A stretch of DNA of 64,000 nucleotides from a virus. Each line of letters begins with the position of its first letter. Position 1 is the first letter of the stretch. The notes beneath the pieces are model-generated. The model ran no database searches, was not told the DNA's origin, and was given only the letters and a program-made list of their open reading frames with translations. Shown here in pieces: positions 42,531-52,051 of the stretch. Where the stretch lies: IMG/VR virus record IMGVR_UViG_3300050821_006746, positions 45,142-109,141 of that record; one strand, 5' to 3'. A program made the position numbers and the translations under genes.

Positions 42531-42569
42531 TCTGGGAAGCGAAAGAAGCATTTCTCCTCGCTTCCCAGA
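42531..42569 (+). terminator. Hairpin after head genes
   Basis: TCTGGGAAGCGA/TCGCTTCCCAGA 12-bp stem, no U-tract. Confidence 0.45.
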
Positions 42570-42593
42570 CGGATATGCCAGGAGGGCATCTAA

Positions 42594-43289
42594 GTGGCTG
42601 GAACTGTACTCGGATCAGAGGGCTTTATCGTCCTAACACCGCCAAGTGTTGAGCCTATCACACTAAGCGATGTGAAGGATTGGATCAACGTCGATTTTAG
42701 CGACAAAGACGCACTGATAAGCAAGCTTATCACACGTGCGAGGCGTCGTGCTGAGACGCTGACAGGTAGAGCACTCGCTTCTCAGCAGATCCAGTGTACT
42801 TTTCCGATCACTAGGTCGCAAGGTGGGGAGTTGAGCGGGCCAATTGACCACGGACCAGACTGGTATCAATTTAACGAACAATTGGGCGCAAATCCGTTTG
42901 GAGCGGCAATGTTCTATTTTGACCTACCAATGGCACCAATAGATGTAAATCAGGCAGTATTGATAGAAACAAAAGTAACGGCCTTTGAGAATTGGTCAAC
43001 GTTTGCTTCTGGCCTACCTTCGGCGCTCACAGCGAACGTGTGGATTGACAACAATCAAGAACCGGCAAGGATGTATTTCTCTGATCCTGTTACAAGCAAT
43101 TTCTGGCGATTTACGTACTATGCTGGCTATGGCTCTAATACCTTTCCATTGCCCGAAGATCTGGCAGAAGCACTTTTTGAACTCGTAGCGGTGTGGTACG
43201 ACTGGCGAGATGGTAGCGCTCCTGCTACACAGATTCAGCAAATCGAGAGCAAGTTTTTGTCTAGACGCATATCAACGGCATGGATATAG
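42594..43289 (+). CDS. Head-tail connector (gp6/gp15-like)
   Basis: PPSVEPITLSDVKDW...D.LI..LITRAR..AE..TGRAL; YYAGYG...P.DL. Confidence 0.85.
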   Translation: MAGTVLGSEGFIVLTPPSVEPITLSDVKDWINVDFSDKDALISKLITRARRRAETLTGRALASQQIQCTFPITRSQGGELSGPIDHGPDWYQFNEQLGANPFGAAMFYFDLPMAPIDVNQAVLIETKVTAFENWSTFASGLPSALTANVWIDNNQEPARMYFSDPVTSNFWRFTYYAGYGSNTFPLPEDLAEALFELVAVWYDWRDGSAPATQIQQIESKFLSRRISTAWI

Positions 43290-44669
43290 GAGGATTATGG
43301 AAGAGAAAAACAAGCATGCAACTGAGAATGATGTGCTTGCATGGTGTCGTGAGCATGGGGTATCAATTCGGTTCCTGAAAGGCTCGGTACGGATTGAGGC
43401 AGATCCTAAAGGGCTTCTTTTGGGTAAAGGAGAAACGCTCTTACATGCGTTTCAGGATCTTCAGGAGAAACACAATCCTGAACGCCTGGCTCTGATTGAT
43501 GTTGCGCATCAAGCGTACTATGGATTGCTTATGGCGAATCCGCAAGATGCTTCTGCATATGATGAAGCATATGGTGACAATGAGCGATGGGCGTTAGTGG
43601 TCAAAGCTATTGTCCGTTATCTCAAGTCTCACGGAATTCCATCCTGCTTTATGGGTGAGGATTAAATGTTAGCAAAGAAGCCAAAACGACAACCGAAGAA
43701 GAAGCCTGAAAAGCCCGTTGAGCAGGCTGTAGTGAGCGTGCCTGAGAGCAAGGAAACGGTTGTTGAGTTTGATTTCTTTTTGCCATATTGCGGCATCAGG
43801 AGAGCGAAATGACCAAGCATGAGGAAAGTAACAAGGAAGAGGCGTCGAGTAGCATTCCACCCACTGTAGAGCAAGCATTGGCGGGACAGGCCGATTGGGT
43901 ACGGGCAATTGTGCGCGAGGAAATAGCCAAGTGGGAGAAGCGGCAACTTCACGAGCGCCGATTTGGTGTGCCGTATCCGCCAAAAGAAGTCAAATAGCAG
44001 AGGCGCAATCATGGATGATCGATACAAGACGTTTCAGATCGTGATGTGGGGCCAAATTGTGACGATAGAGACAGCCAAGATGATTGCGCTGGTTACGAGA
44101 ATAGAACAATGGATATGGAGGCTTAGGAGAAGATATGGACGATAAGGAAGATGCAGTATGCCCGCATCCACAAGAGTTTCAGGCGAAGATGCTGAGTCTT
44201 GGTTGGGACTCAAGGACATGGGTGCCAACGCCCGGTGTCACGGATGAGGCAACAGAGTTCTACGTCACGCTTGGTAATCGCCACATCCATATTATAAGCA
44301 TTGCCGAAGCTATGGCGCTCTCAGATGATGAGTTGCGTACTCGCATAGAGCAAGCTGCTGGAATGAGTAAACATGACCTATGTGAGCAATACGGTGCTAA
44401 TAGTGCCGAAGAGTGGCGAGAACGGTACGGCAATCTTGAGCAAGAGGTAATTCTATGAATGATAAGGAAGAGCAGCAAACTACGCACATCTATCTTGATG
44501 GCATGGCTATTTCGAGGGAGTTGGGTGAAGAATTGGTATTTGTGCCTGCGGGATCAAAGCTCAAGGAAGCGTTAACTGAGGCTGATTTAATGTGGCTTAC
44601 TGACGAGATTGGCAAGAGGCTAGCAAATCGTATGAGAAGCAGCATGATAAGCCATATGGGTATAAGGGC

Positions 44670-44969
44670 ATGAGCGACGAAGCAGCAACACAACCGCTAC
44701 AAGAGCCTGAGCAAGCACAGGACCAACAGATGGTGAGCAAAGACACGCAATTTGCAGGTTTTGCCGAATTGCTGCTCGAAGAGCTGTTGAACAAACGCGA
44801 CGGTATGATAGACACATCGGATTGGTGGAAAGAGCAGGCAAAAGTTACTATTGCCCGGCGTGTCTATGATCTTGCTTGTCATGTTTCCACCCAAACACTG
44901 CTGATAGCACATGGCGATATGAGCAAGATACCGGATATGACTACGTGGACAGAGGAGACGAGCAAGTGA
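44670..44969 (+). CDS. Hypothetical protein, ARAGY/IPDxP paralogue family
   Basis: TQFAGFA...IARRVYDLACH...IPDMTTW. Confidence 0.65.
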   Translation: MSDEAATQPLQEPEQAQDQQMVSKDTQFAGFAELLLEELLNKRDGMIDTSDWWKEQAKVTIARRVYDLACHVSTQTLLIAHGDMSKIPDMTTWTEETSK

Positions 44970-45167
44970 GCGAACGGCGCAAGATCAAAATTGTCACTGA
45001 TGCTGTGGGGATACCTCATGTGTATGTGATTGGGACAGACATAGAACTCGACGGCGTGCTCTCCTGCAATGTGGTTGTCAAGCCAACGGATGTCCCTGTT
45101 GTTCAGATAGAGATCATGGAGCCGGAAGTCGAAATAAAACCAGTGTCTAGAAAGTAGGGACAACAGG

Positions 45168-45395
45168 ATGGATGACAGAAAACAGGGGCTAGTAGATCGG
45201 ATCAACAACGACTTCGTGTATCATCAGCCGAAGCCAGGTCAAGCAGAGCGCTATGTCCAGTTACGAGATAAGGCAAAGGAACTAGCCTTGCTCATTGTTG
45301 ATCTGACGCCAATCTCACGTGAGCAGTCGTTAGCATTGACTGAACTGGAGAAGTCAATCTTTTTCGCAAACGCATCTATTGCTCGCAACGAGTAG
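45168..45395 (+). CDS. Acb2/Tad1-like helical hairpin protein (candidate immune-signal sponge)
   Basis: FVYHQP..GQAERY..LR...P.SREQSLALTELEKSIFFANASIAR. Confidence 0.6.
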   Translation: MDDRKQGLVDRINNDFVYHQPKPGQAERYVQLRDKAKELALLIVDLTPISREQSLALTELEKSIFFANASIARNE

Positions 45396-45644
45396 GAGTG
45401 TGATATGAAATATCGCTGGTCTCATCCACCGAAGATCAAGCCACTTGCAATATAGTGGCGATCGGAAAGGTGAGTATGCATGAGAAAGATGCTCAAGAGG
45501 AAAAGCAAATCATTATGTGTAATGTGCAAATACTACAAGACCAATGGCGGGTGTAGGTGGACAGACAAAGAGAGAGATGCAATTAAACGATTTGCGAGAG
45601 CAGTCAAAGAACAACGATGCGAAGATTTGTAAGGAAGGGCAATC

Positions 45645-45977
45645 ATGTTCACGCCATATAAGAACCACACCACGAGGCTAGCCGCTACCATGTACGCGCC
45701 ATGTGCAAGCGTTGGCTGTATTGAGCACGCCAAGCCTGAGAACGCCATAGAGGCAAAACTAGACATCTTTGGCTCTCCACTGGTGCATGTGTGCTTCTGT
45801 GATGGTCATTATGGTTTTCTGATGGGCGATACAGCGGAGCATGAGATTATACCGGATATTGCGGTAGAGGAGAAACCACTACACACAGGCGGCATTGCCA
45901 TTGTTGGCGAAGCTGGTAACGATGAAATCGTGTATCTGCCACAAGGCAGTAGCGTTTATCCAGTGGCTAAGGAGTAG
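45645..45977 (+). CDS. Small Cys/His protein ending in tape-measure C-terminal motif
   Basis: C..xxC...CxxH; HTGGIAIVGEAGNDEIVYLPQGSSVYP. Confidence 0.65.
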   Translation: MFTPYKNHTTRLAATMYAPCASVGCIEHAKPENAIEAKLDIFGSPLVHVCFCDGHYGFLMGDTAEHEIIPDIAVEEKPLHTGGIAIVGEAGNDEIVYLPQGSSVYPVAKE

Positions 45978-46258
45978 GTATGGGGCAAGGCATCATCTCA
46001 GTAAGCAGCGCAATGTTTGAGGAGCGAGAGCAACCGCGAACATTGGCAGAATGGCATGCATTGCTGATGTTGCCAGTGGAGTACAGAGTGCTTGAGGCGA
46101 AGGCTGATGCTATGTATCCGCTCTGGCTTATCACTGTGGAGAATGATGCTATTCCAGTGGTCAAGGGTAAGAAGTTGTCGAAAGGGTATTATCTTGAGCG
46201 TATCGAGATCGACAAGCCAAAGAAACGTGTAATTTGGTCACGAGAGGAGCAAGCATAA

Positions 46259-46648
46259 ATGGCGCGAGATGTGCATATTGACGCTGGCTACTTTAACAAG
46301 CCAATCCAGTTCCAGTCCGAGCAAACTACTCCTGATGGATCAGGTGGTAGTACAGCAACGGGATGGACAACTGCTTATAAGTGCATGGCTCATATCGATA
46401 ATCTTACCGATTCGACAACAGCGATTAGACGCATAGCAACACGGCCATTTCAGTTCATGCAGCTCTATCCTCAGATGGACGCATTGATGTCTATACGCTA
46501 TCAAGCAAGCACGGCGCTTACACCAGCAATGACCATACTTTATAGAAATCGACGATATCAAATTATTGATTTGATTACTCCACATGAGGAGTTAGTTGCG
46601 ATTGTAATACCCGTAGTGCTCTATCAAGCGCCTGGTACACCGGGATAA
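46259..46648 (+). CDS. Head-tail adaptor/head closure protein (gp16-like)
   Basis: AG.FN..I.FQ...PDGSGG...W; IRY...MTILYRNRRYQI. Confidence 0.85.
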   Translation: MARDVHIDAGYFNKPIQFQSEQTTPDGSGGSTATGWTTAYKCMAHIDNLTDSTTAIRRIATRPFQFMQLYPQMDALMSIRYQASTALTPAMTILYRNRRYQIIDLITPHEELVAIVIPVVLYQAPGTPG

Positions 46649-46657
46649 GGGGGTAGT

Positions 46658-47083
46658 ATGACGATTGTAGGCGGATCATCGCTGCTTCCAACACAGGAGG
46701 CGGTCTACACGGTACTCACTGGCAATGCAGGCTTTACTAGCATCTGCGCAGGTCCTTTCGATCCAGCCCCGATAAATCAGGCGTTTCCTTATAGTGCGTT
46801 TGGGGCACATACCGAGTCCGCTTGGTATCAATTCCAGAAAACCAGCAAGCAGATTGATTTCGTTATTCATGTTTATAGCAAGCAACCAACATTTGCAGAA
46901 GCGATGACCATCTTGAATGTGATTAATGGCTTGATCGAGGGACAAACGCTGAGTTTAACAAGCGGGAATTACACCAACGCTGAGAATGGTGTGCTATTTG
47001 TTAGTGCTCGCAAGGTTGAGGAGCCTGATGGACTCACACGACATCTCGAATGTAGATGGCATATCTATAACAATGCCAACTAG
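46658..47083 (+). CDS. Tail completion/terminator protein (DUF3168-like)
   Basis: QEAVYTVLTG...FD..P...FPY..FG; IHVYS; DGLTRH. Confidence 0.8.
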   Translation: MTIVGGSSLLPTQEAVYTVLTGNAGFTSICAGPFDPAPINQAFPYSAFGAHTESAWYQFQKTSKQIDFVIHVYSKQPTFAEAMTILNVINGLIEGQTLSLTSGNYTNAENGVLFVSARKVEEPDGLTRHLECRWHIYNNAN

Positions 47084-47096
47084 GAGGCGTGACGCA

Positions 47097-47626
47097 ATGA
47101 CACCAGAACAAGAACAGGCACTCACTGACAAGATGGCTGGTATCGGCTACCCAGATTTCGATGTGATGCCAGGCGAAGAGAGTGTGCTCATGCTCCATGT
47201 ACAGAGTAAGCTGATTGGTGGCACGCTCTATGCATTGGGATTGCCAGATGAGCAGTTGAAGGCACTGATTGATGAGACGGTGGCAGGAGGACAAAGCTGA
47301 TGGGCGCAATCCGATTGGAGCACGCAAAGGGTAGGAATTTCACTGCTGAGGAGTTGGTTGGGCGACAAATCAGGATTGAAGGGCCAGTTCCTAAGAGGGG
47401 AACGCAGCCTATTGGGTACAACATGCTGATCGTTGCCGATGATGAGAGTATCGATAATGCGTGCAAGCTTGAGTTGAGCATAGAGCCTGATGCTGTAATT
47501 GAAGCAAGGGTGACGCTCTATCGCTTTGACTTGGCAACCGCAGAAGAACGTGTGCCGACTGAGGTGGTTACGCTGAGGGATAACATCGAAGTGTCGTTCT
47601 CTGCTATCGTATCGGAGGTGGAATGA
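47097..47626 (+). other. Two small hypothetical genes
   Basis: Coupled ORFs 47097-47300 and 47300-47626. Confidence 0.55.
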
Positions 47627-48030
47627 TGGGCGCAAGAGTCATTATCGAATGGGATGGGTTGGAGCAGGTAATCTCCAATCTCGCGGATCTTGGGGAGAAA
47701 GCACCGCAGAACCTTGAGCATCAGATGGCAGAACTGGCAAGCGCAACGGAGGATGCATGGAAAGAGAGCACGCCGCGACGAACGGGCAGGCTGCAAGAAG
47801 CAGATATCGTGGAGACGGGTGGCATGTCATTTACGCTGAATAATGCTACCCGGTACTACGATTGGGTAGATCGGGGGCACATGACTCCAGCAGGTTGGCG
47901 TACCAGACATGGCTATCGTCCCGCCAAACGCCGGTCTCATGTTGAGGGGCAAGAGATGACTGATAAGGCTGTTCAGTTTATTGAGGAGAATATTGAGGAT
48001 TATCTCTCGAAGTTCTTGGATAACATATAG
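47623..48030 (+). CDS. HK97 gp10-like tail component
   Basis: GLEQV, TPRRTGRL, YYDWVDRGH. Confidence 0.8.
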   Translation: MMGARVIIEWDGLEQVISNLADLGEKAPQNLEHQMAELASATEDAWKESTPRRTGRLQEADIVETGGMSFTLNNATRYYDWVDRGHMTPAGWRTRHGYRPAKRRSHVEGQEMTDKAVQFIEENIEDYLSKFLDNI

Positions 48031-48038
48031 GTGTTGCA

Positions 48039-48236
48039 ATGGAGAATTCAGTAAAAATACATTGCGAAACAACAGGGAAGCTCCTTGCGCGCCGTGATGA
48101 GAATGGCGTTTATTTATGGTGCAAAGAATGTAAGGTTGAGCATTTTATTTCGTGGGTTCCCAAAGATAACAAGAGTGAGGAAAATGCCGATAAAGTAGTT
48201 TCTGGAGAGGTTTTATGCTATAATCTGAGTATATAA
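48039..48236 (+). CDS. Com-like zinc-finger regulator
   Basis: IHCETTGKLLAR...LWCKECKVEH resembles Mu Com (C..C.KLL...C..C); second Cys replaced. Confidence 0.6.
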   Translation: MENSVKIHCETTGKLLARRDENGVYLWCKECKVEHFISWVPKDNKSEENADKVVSGEVLCYNLSI

Positions 48237-48335
48237 ATTGTGTGCCTCTGCAAGTGCGCTAACACTCCAGAGGCCGACCCTGAGTGTAAGTTCAAGGCAA
48301 GGTTATTATACCTTGTTAGGAAAGGGGTTTCTACC

Positions 48336-49061
48336 ATGTCTGGGCCAAAAGGCAACAAGAATGCTTTGGGATATCGACACACTGAGGAGGCAAAGAAACA
48401 TCTAGCGGATATCGCAAGAGGTAAGGAGGGATCAGAGAAACAGCGGCAAACTGTAATTGCTCTAAACAAATCAAGATCGGGCCAACCTGGACATCTCCAC
48501 ACAGAGGAGTCACGTCGAAAAATAGCAGAAGCCCATCGAGCACGCTGGAATGATCCCGAATGGAGAGCTAAAAGAGCCAAACAACTAAGGGAGGCTTTTG
48601 AGCAACCTGAAGCGATAGAGAAGATGAGAGAAGGCGTCACTGCCCATTGGTCAACCATTAGTTACGAAGAGAGACTAGAGCGCAATGCTGCAGGGCGAAA
48701 GGCTTCTCTGGAAGCAAATCCAACGAGCATTGAAATAAAGGTAAGTCAATACTTAGAAAATCTTGGCATTCAATTTATTGAGCAAAAGCAGGAAGGCCCA
48801 TACTTTCTAGACTTTTATCTTCCTGTAAAGAGGGTCATTGTAGAGGCGATGGGATGCTATTTTCATTCTTGTGCTGTTTGTGGGAAGCAAAATGCTTACA
48901 AGCCCGATGCTCCTGCTTATGACGCAAGGCGTAAGAATTATCTAGAAAAGAGGGGGTATCACGTCATTTGGATATGGGAACATGATATTAACAGGGATGT
49001 TGAGTTTGTACTTCGCCCTCTCTTGGAAAAATGTGGGGCGATAGAATACCCTACGGGGTAA
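48336..49061 (+). CDS. NUMOD3-repeat + DUF559/Vsr-like endonuclease
   Basis: HTEEAKKHL, HTEESRRKIAEA; PTSIE...LDF...IVEAMGCYFH...D..R...GY.V..IWEHD. Confidence 0.85.
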   Translation: MSGPKGNKNALGYRHTEEAKKHLADIARGKEGSEKQRQTVIALNKSRSGQPGHLHTEESRRKIAEAHRARWNDPEWRAKRAKQLREAFEQPEAIEKMREGVTAHWSTISYEERLERNAAGRKASLEANPTSIEIKVSQYLENLGIQFIEQKQEGPYFLDFYLPVKRVIVEAMGCYFHSCAVCGKQNAYKPDAPAYDARRKNYLEKRGYHVIWIWEHDINRDVEFVLRPLLEKCGAIEYPTG

Positions 49062-49102
49062 CGCAAAATTAGAGTTTTGTCAGAACAATAGAAAACGCAA
49101 AA

Positions 49103-49216
49103 GAGCCTTGAGCCACGGAACTGAGCATATCAGTATCGTGGCTTTTTTGATAAGTAGCCTTGAGCCTTGAGCCTTTTGACTACCAGTATCTTTTGGTAAG
49201 AAAGGCAGAAAAGGCA
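49103..49216 (+). promoter_or_regulatory. GAGCCTT repeats overlapping a terminator and an RBS-sequestering hairpin
   Basis: GAGCC at 49103, 49110, 49162, 49169 (TAGCC 49155); AGCCACG/CGTGGCT+T run; GCCTTTT/AAAAGGC. Confidence 0.6.
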
Positions 49217-49600
49217 TTGACAGCTTTAGCAGGAATCGGCGCGTCGGTCCAAGAATCTAGCACGGCCTTTACTGATTCAAGTAAATGGACTCTATCCCTC
49301 AAAAACGCCACCAAAGATGTCACCCCATTCGGGGCATCTGGCAGTTGGGCTATAAACATCCCCACGATCAACTCATGGACCGCAAAGGTATCTGTGTTCA
49401 TTGATCCTAGCGACACAGCACAATCAAACCTCAACGCACTGCTTGGGACAGTCGTATCACTCACGCTCAATGTGAGTGGTACGCCTCATGGCTGGACAGG
49501 TAGCGCAATCCTCGCAGGCATCGATCCTAGTGTGGACGCCCAGAGTGCGGAAACATGCGATTACTCCTTTACTGGAAGCGGATCGATCGCTTATTCCTGA
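49217..49600 (+). CDS. Tail tube-like protein 1
   Basis: WTLS...KDVTPFG...I.TINSWT; FTGSG; TTG start. Confidence 0.8.
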   Translation: MTALAGIGASVQESSTAFTDSSKWTLSLKNATKDVTPFGASGSWAINIPTINSWTAKVSVFIDPSDTAQSNLNALLGTVVSLTLNVSGTPHGWTGSAILAGIDPSVDAQSAETCDYSFTGSGSIAYS

Positions 49601-49632
49601 GCTTAAAAACAAACGGAGAGGAGGTAACCGCC

Positions 49633-50331
49633 ATTAGCGCATATGCAGGCATAAATGGGGATGTTTGGCTTTCCACGTCACCCCCAACGGCACTTGGCTC
49701 ACCCGAATCAGTCGCTGACTCAGGTGATCATATTCATTACTTCACAGCAACACATCCGGCGTGGGATTGGACAAAGACGTTGACTGTCCAGTGCTCACCA
49801 AATGGCTCGTCAGGCTGGGCAACCGTGACTGACTACATCTTTTTCTGGCCAGCCGGTGAAGTTGTGTTTAACACGGCGCGCGTACCTGGCACGAATAACT
49901 TCGTGCGCCTATCTGCTGGCAGTTACTTCACACTCTCTGCTCTGGGGGGCGCGCACATGTGGAAAGCGACTGGAAAGGCTGCCACCAAAGATGTGACGCC
50001 GTTCCAGGCCAGCGGTCATTATCAGCAAAACATAGCGACCATCAAATCGTGGACGTTCTCTGTGGACTGCTTCTCTCAGGATGCCAGAATCATGAACGAA
50101 ATGGTCACGGGAATGAGCGGCATCAACACCTCTGGGGGAGTGATCGTTTGCCAGTTGTGGTGGGACGAGACGAATGGCAGGCGCTATCAGTTTTTCGCGC
50201 TCCCAACACAACTGGACACAACTGTTGTGTCCAGCGACGTGGACAAGCAGACGGTGCAAATGACAGTCACCGGGCCACTCTATCAGATCACATCGAACAC
50301 ATTCACGACAGCAACTGTCACACGGATGTAG
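49633..50331 (+). CDS. Tail tube-like protein 2 with inserted domain
   Basis: KDVTPFQ...IATIKSWT paralogous to previous gene; likely ATT start after GGAGG. Confidence 0.75.
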   Translation: MSAYAGINGDVWLSTSPPTALGSPESVADSGDHIHYFTATHPAWDWTKTLTVQCSPNGSSGWATVTDYIFFWPAGEVVFNTARVPGTNNFVRLSAGSYFTLSALGGAHMWKATGKAATKDVTPFQASGHYQQNIATIKSWTFSVDCFSQDARIMNEMVTGMSGINTSGGVIVCQLWWDETNGRRYQFFALPTQLDTTVVSSDVDKQTVQMTVTGPLYQITSNTFTTATVTRM

Positions 50332-50342
50332 AAAGCACATAC

Positions 50343-50819
50343 ATGGCAAAGATAGTAGAACTGGACACAACACAGGAAAAAGCGTCGCCAAACGGCCATG
50401 ACGATACATGGCAGAGTTTTGATAGCGACATTGCACTGCTGCAACACATTCTCTCGAAGAAGCCTGCTGAGAAGCTAGTAGACGTACCAGAGTGGAACGT
50501 GCGTGTGCTTTGTCGTGCGCTCACCGCTGAGCACCGCATTGATGTGGAGACAAGGGCATACAACGCGGAAACAAAGAGAACCAATTACAGCGTTGTCTCG
50601 CACCTGATCTTGATGTATGGCTGCTATAACCCAAGCACCGGCAATCCCGTTTTCTATGGTCTAGACGATAGCGAGGCTGCGCGAAAGCAAAAAGAAGCCA
50701 CCATGAAGACGGTACTCATGCGAGAACAAGACGGCGGCGCTATTGAGCGCCTGTCGTTTGCCATCTTGCGTCTCTCTCGCATGCTGTTCAACGATGCTGA
50801 AAACGCGAAAAAAAACTAG
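50343..50819 (+). CDS. Tail assembly chaperone (G-type)
   Basis: VDVPEW..V..RALT; ends AKKN at A8 run. Confidence 0.85.
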   Translation: MAKIVELDTTQEKASPNGHDDTWQSFDSDIALLQHILSKKPAEKLVDVPEWNVRVLCRALTAEHRIDVETRAYNAETKRTNYSVVSHLILMYGCYNPSTGNPVFYGLDDSEAARKQKEATMKTVLMREQDGGAIERLSFAILRLSRMLFNDAENAKKN

Positions 50820-51166
50820 AAATTCGGTCTTTCTATGACGCTTATAGGCTCACTGAGCGGCTTGGCTATCGGCACATTGAGGATCTCCTGCAAGAGATGA
50901 CGAGCGCGGAGCTGACCGGATGGCTTGCCTACTTGCAGGTGGATGACGAGGTACAGGTACAGCGTCTGGCTTATGCCATTGTCAAAGCGTTCAATGGCGA
51001 TCAAAAAGGGCCGACGAAGAAGCCAGCGAAGCGCATAGAAGAGGATGAGGAAGTCATAGACACGACCGATCCTAAATTCGCTGAGCAATTTCAAGGCTTT
51101 ACGTATGCGAAGCCACAGCCACGCGTGCCAACTAGGCAGAGCAGCACGGAAATACTTTTCGGGTGA
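50807..51166 (+). CDS. Tail assembly chaperone frameshift extension (GT), -1 frame
   Basis: Slippery GAAAAAAAAC; -1 frame open LEIRSF...MTSAELTGWLAY to 51166. Confidence 0.8.
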   Translation, partial: EKKLEIRSFYDAYRLTERLGYRHIEDLLQEMTSAELTGWLAYLQVDDEVQVQRLAYAIVKAFNGDQKGPTKKPAKRIEEDEEVIDTTDPKFAEQFQGFTYAKPQPRVPTRQSSTEILFG

Positions 51167-51325
51167 GAAAGAAATACGGTATAAATGACGATATTGGCAG
51201 TTGATACAAAGTGGCATAAGTTGGCTTGTAGAGCCAATCTATGGTATAATATGGGTACAAAAAAGATGTTCGCTCTGGCGGTGCTGGAACACCCCAGAGC
51301 TGATGACAAGAAAGGAACTCTCGTC

Positions 51326-52051
51326 ATGTCCTCAAGTATACCACGCCCTAAAAAGCCTGCCCTGGAACGTTTCCTCTCGTTTGTTGCCGTGCAAGAAGAC
51401 GGTTGTTGGCTGTGGACGGGATGCATAACTAAAGGTGGATATGGAAGTTTTAGAAATGAACACGGGAAAACCGAAAATAGCCATAAATGGGCTTACAAGG
51501 TCTTTATTGGACCTGTCCCTGAGGGGTTAGAACTCGACCACCTTTGCCGAAATCGTGCCTGCGTAAATCCAAATCATCTAGAACCTGTTACTCGTTCCCA
51601 GAATACTGTTCGTGGACTAAAGGGAATACTTAAACCAGGCAAAATATCTAAATATGTAGGCGTGTATTGGACCGAACGCCTACATAAGTGGCGATCCACC
51701 ACGAAAATCAATGGCAAAAGTTACTATCTGGGGCATTTTTCCAGCGAAGAAGAGGCGCATCAAGCATATGTACAGGCTTGTAAATCTTATGAAGCAGATG
51801 GAACAATCCCGGTAAAACTACTTACAGCAAAGAAAACATCTCGCTATCCAGGGGTATCATGGCACAAACGTAAAGAGAAATGGGGGGCATCAGTACGCAT
51901 AAATGGCAAACAATGTTACATTGGCTACTTTGTGTCTGAGGAAGAGGCATATCAGGCATATGTAACCGCCAAAACGAACTTTGAACAATATGGCATTCTC
52001 CCTCAACCAAGATCGTATGCAAGGAAGTTGCAAGAGAGAGGGGGTGATTGA
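51326..52051 (+). CDS. HNH homing endonuclease with two AP2 domains
   Basis: CWLWTG...GYG, LDHLCRNRACVNPNHLEPVT; two SKY.GV.W...W...YLG.F..EEEA repeats. Confidence 0.92.
   Translation: MSSSIPRPKKPALERFLSFVAVQEDGCWLWTGCITKGGYGSFRNEHGKTENSHKWAYKVFIGPVPEGLELDHLCRNRACVNPNHLEPVTRSQNTVRGLKGILKPGKISKYVGVYWTERLHKWRSTTKINGKSYYLGHFSSEEEAHQAYVQACKSYEADGTIPVKLLTAKKTSRYPGVSWHKRKEKWGASVRINGKQCYIGYFVSEEEAYQAYVTAKTNFEQYGILPQPRSYARKLQERGGD

Larger units (their letters stand above)
43297..46258 (+). other. Cluster of about 11 small accessory genes inserted in the neck module
   Basis: Coupled 45-120 aa ORFs between connector and adaptor genes. Confidence 0.7.

Noticed and set aside
51300-51330. CTGATGA as hammerhead ribozyme core
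   Set aside because: No GAAA after a stem II; better explained as an RBS-sequestering hairpin
48240-52051. Endonuclease genes as group I intron cargo
   Set aside because: They lie between complete genes, have own promoters, and no P7/core motifs were recognised
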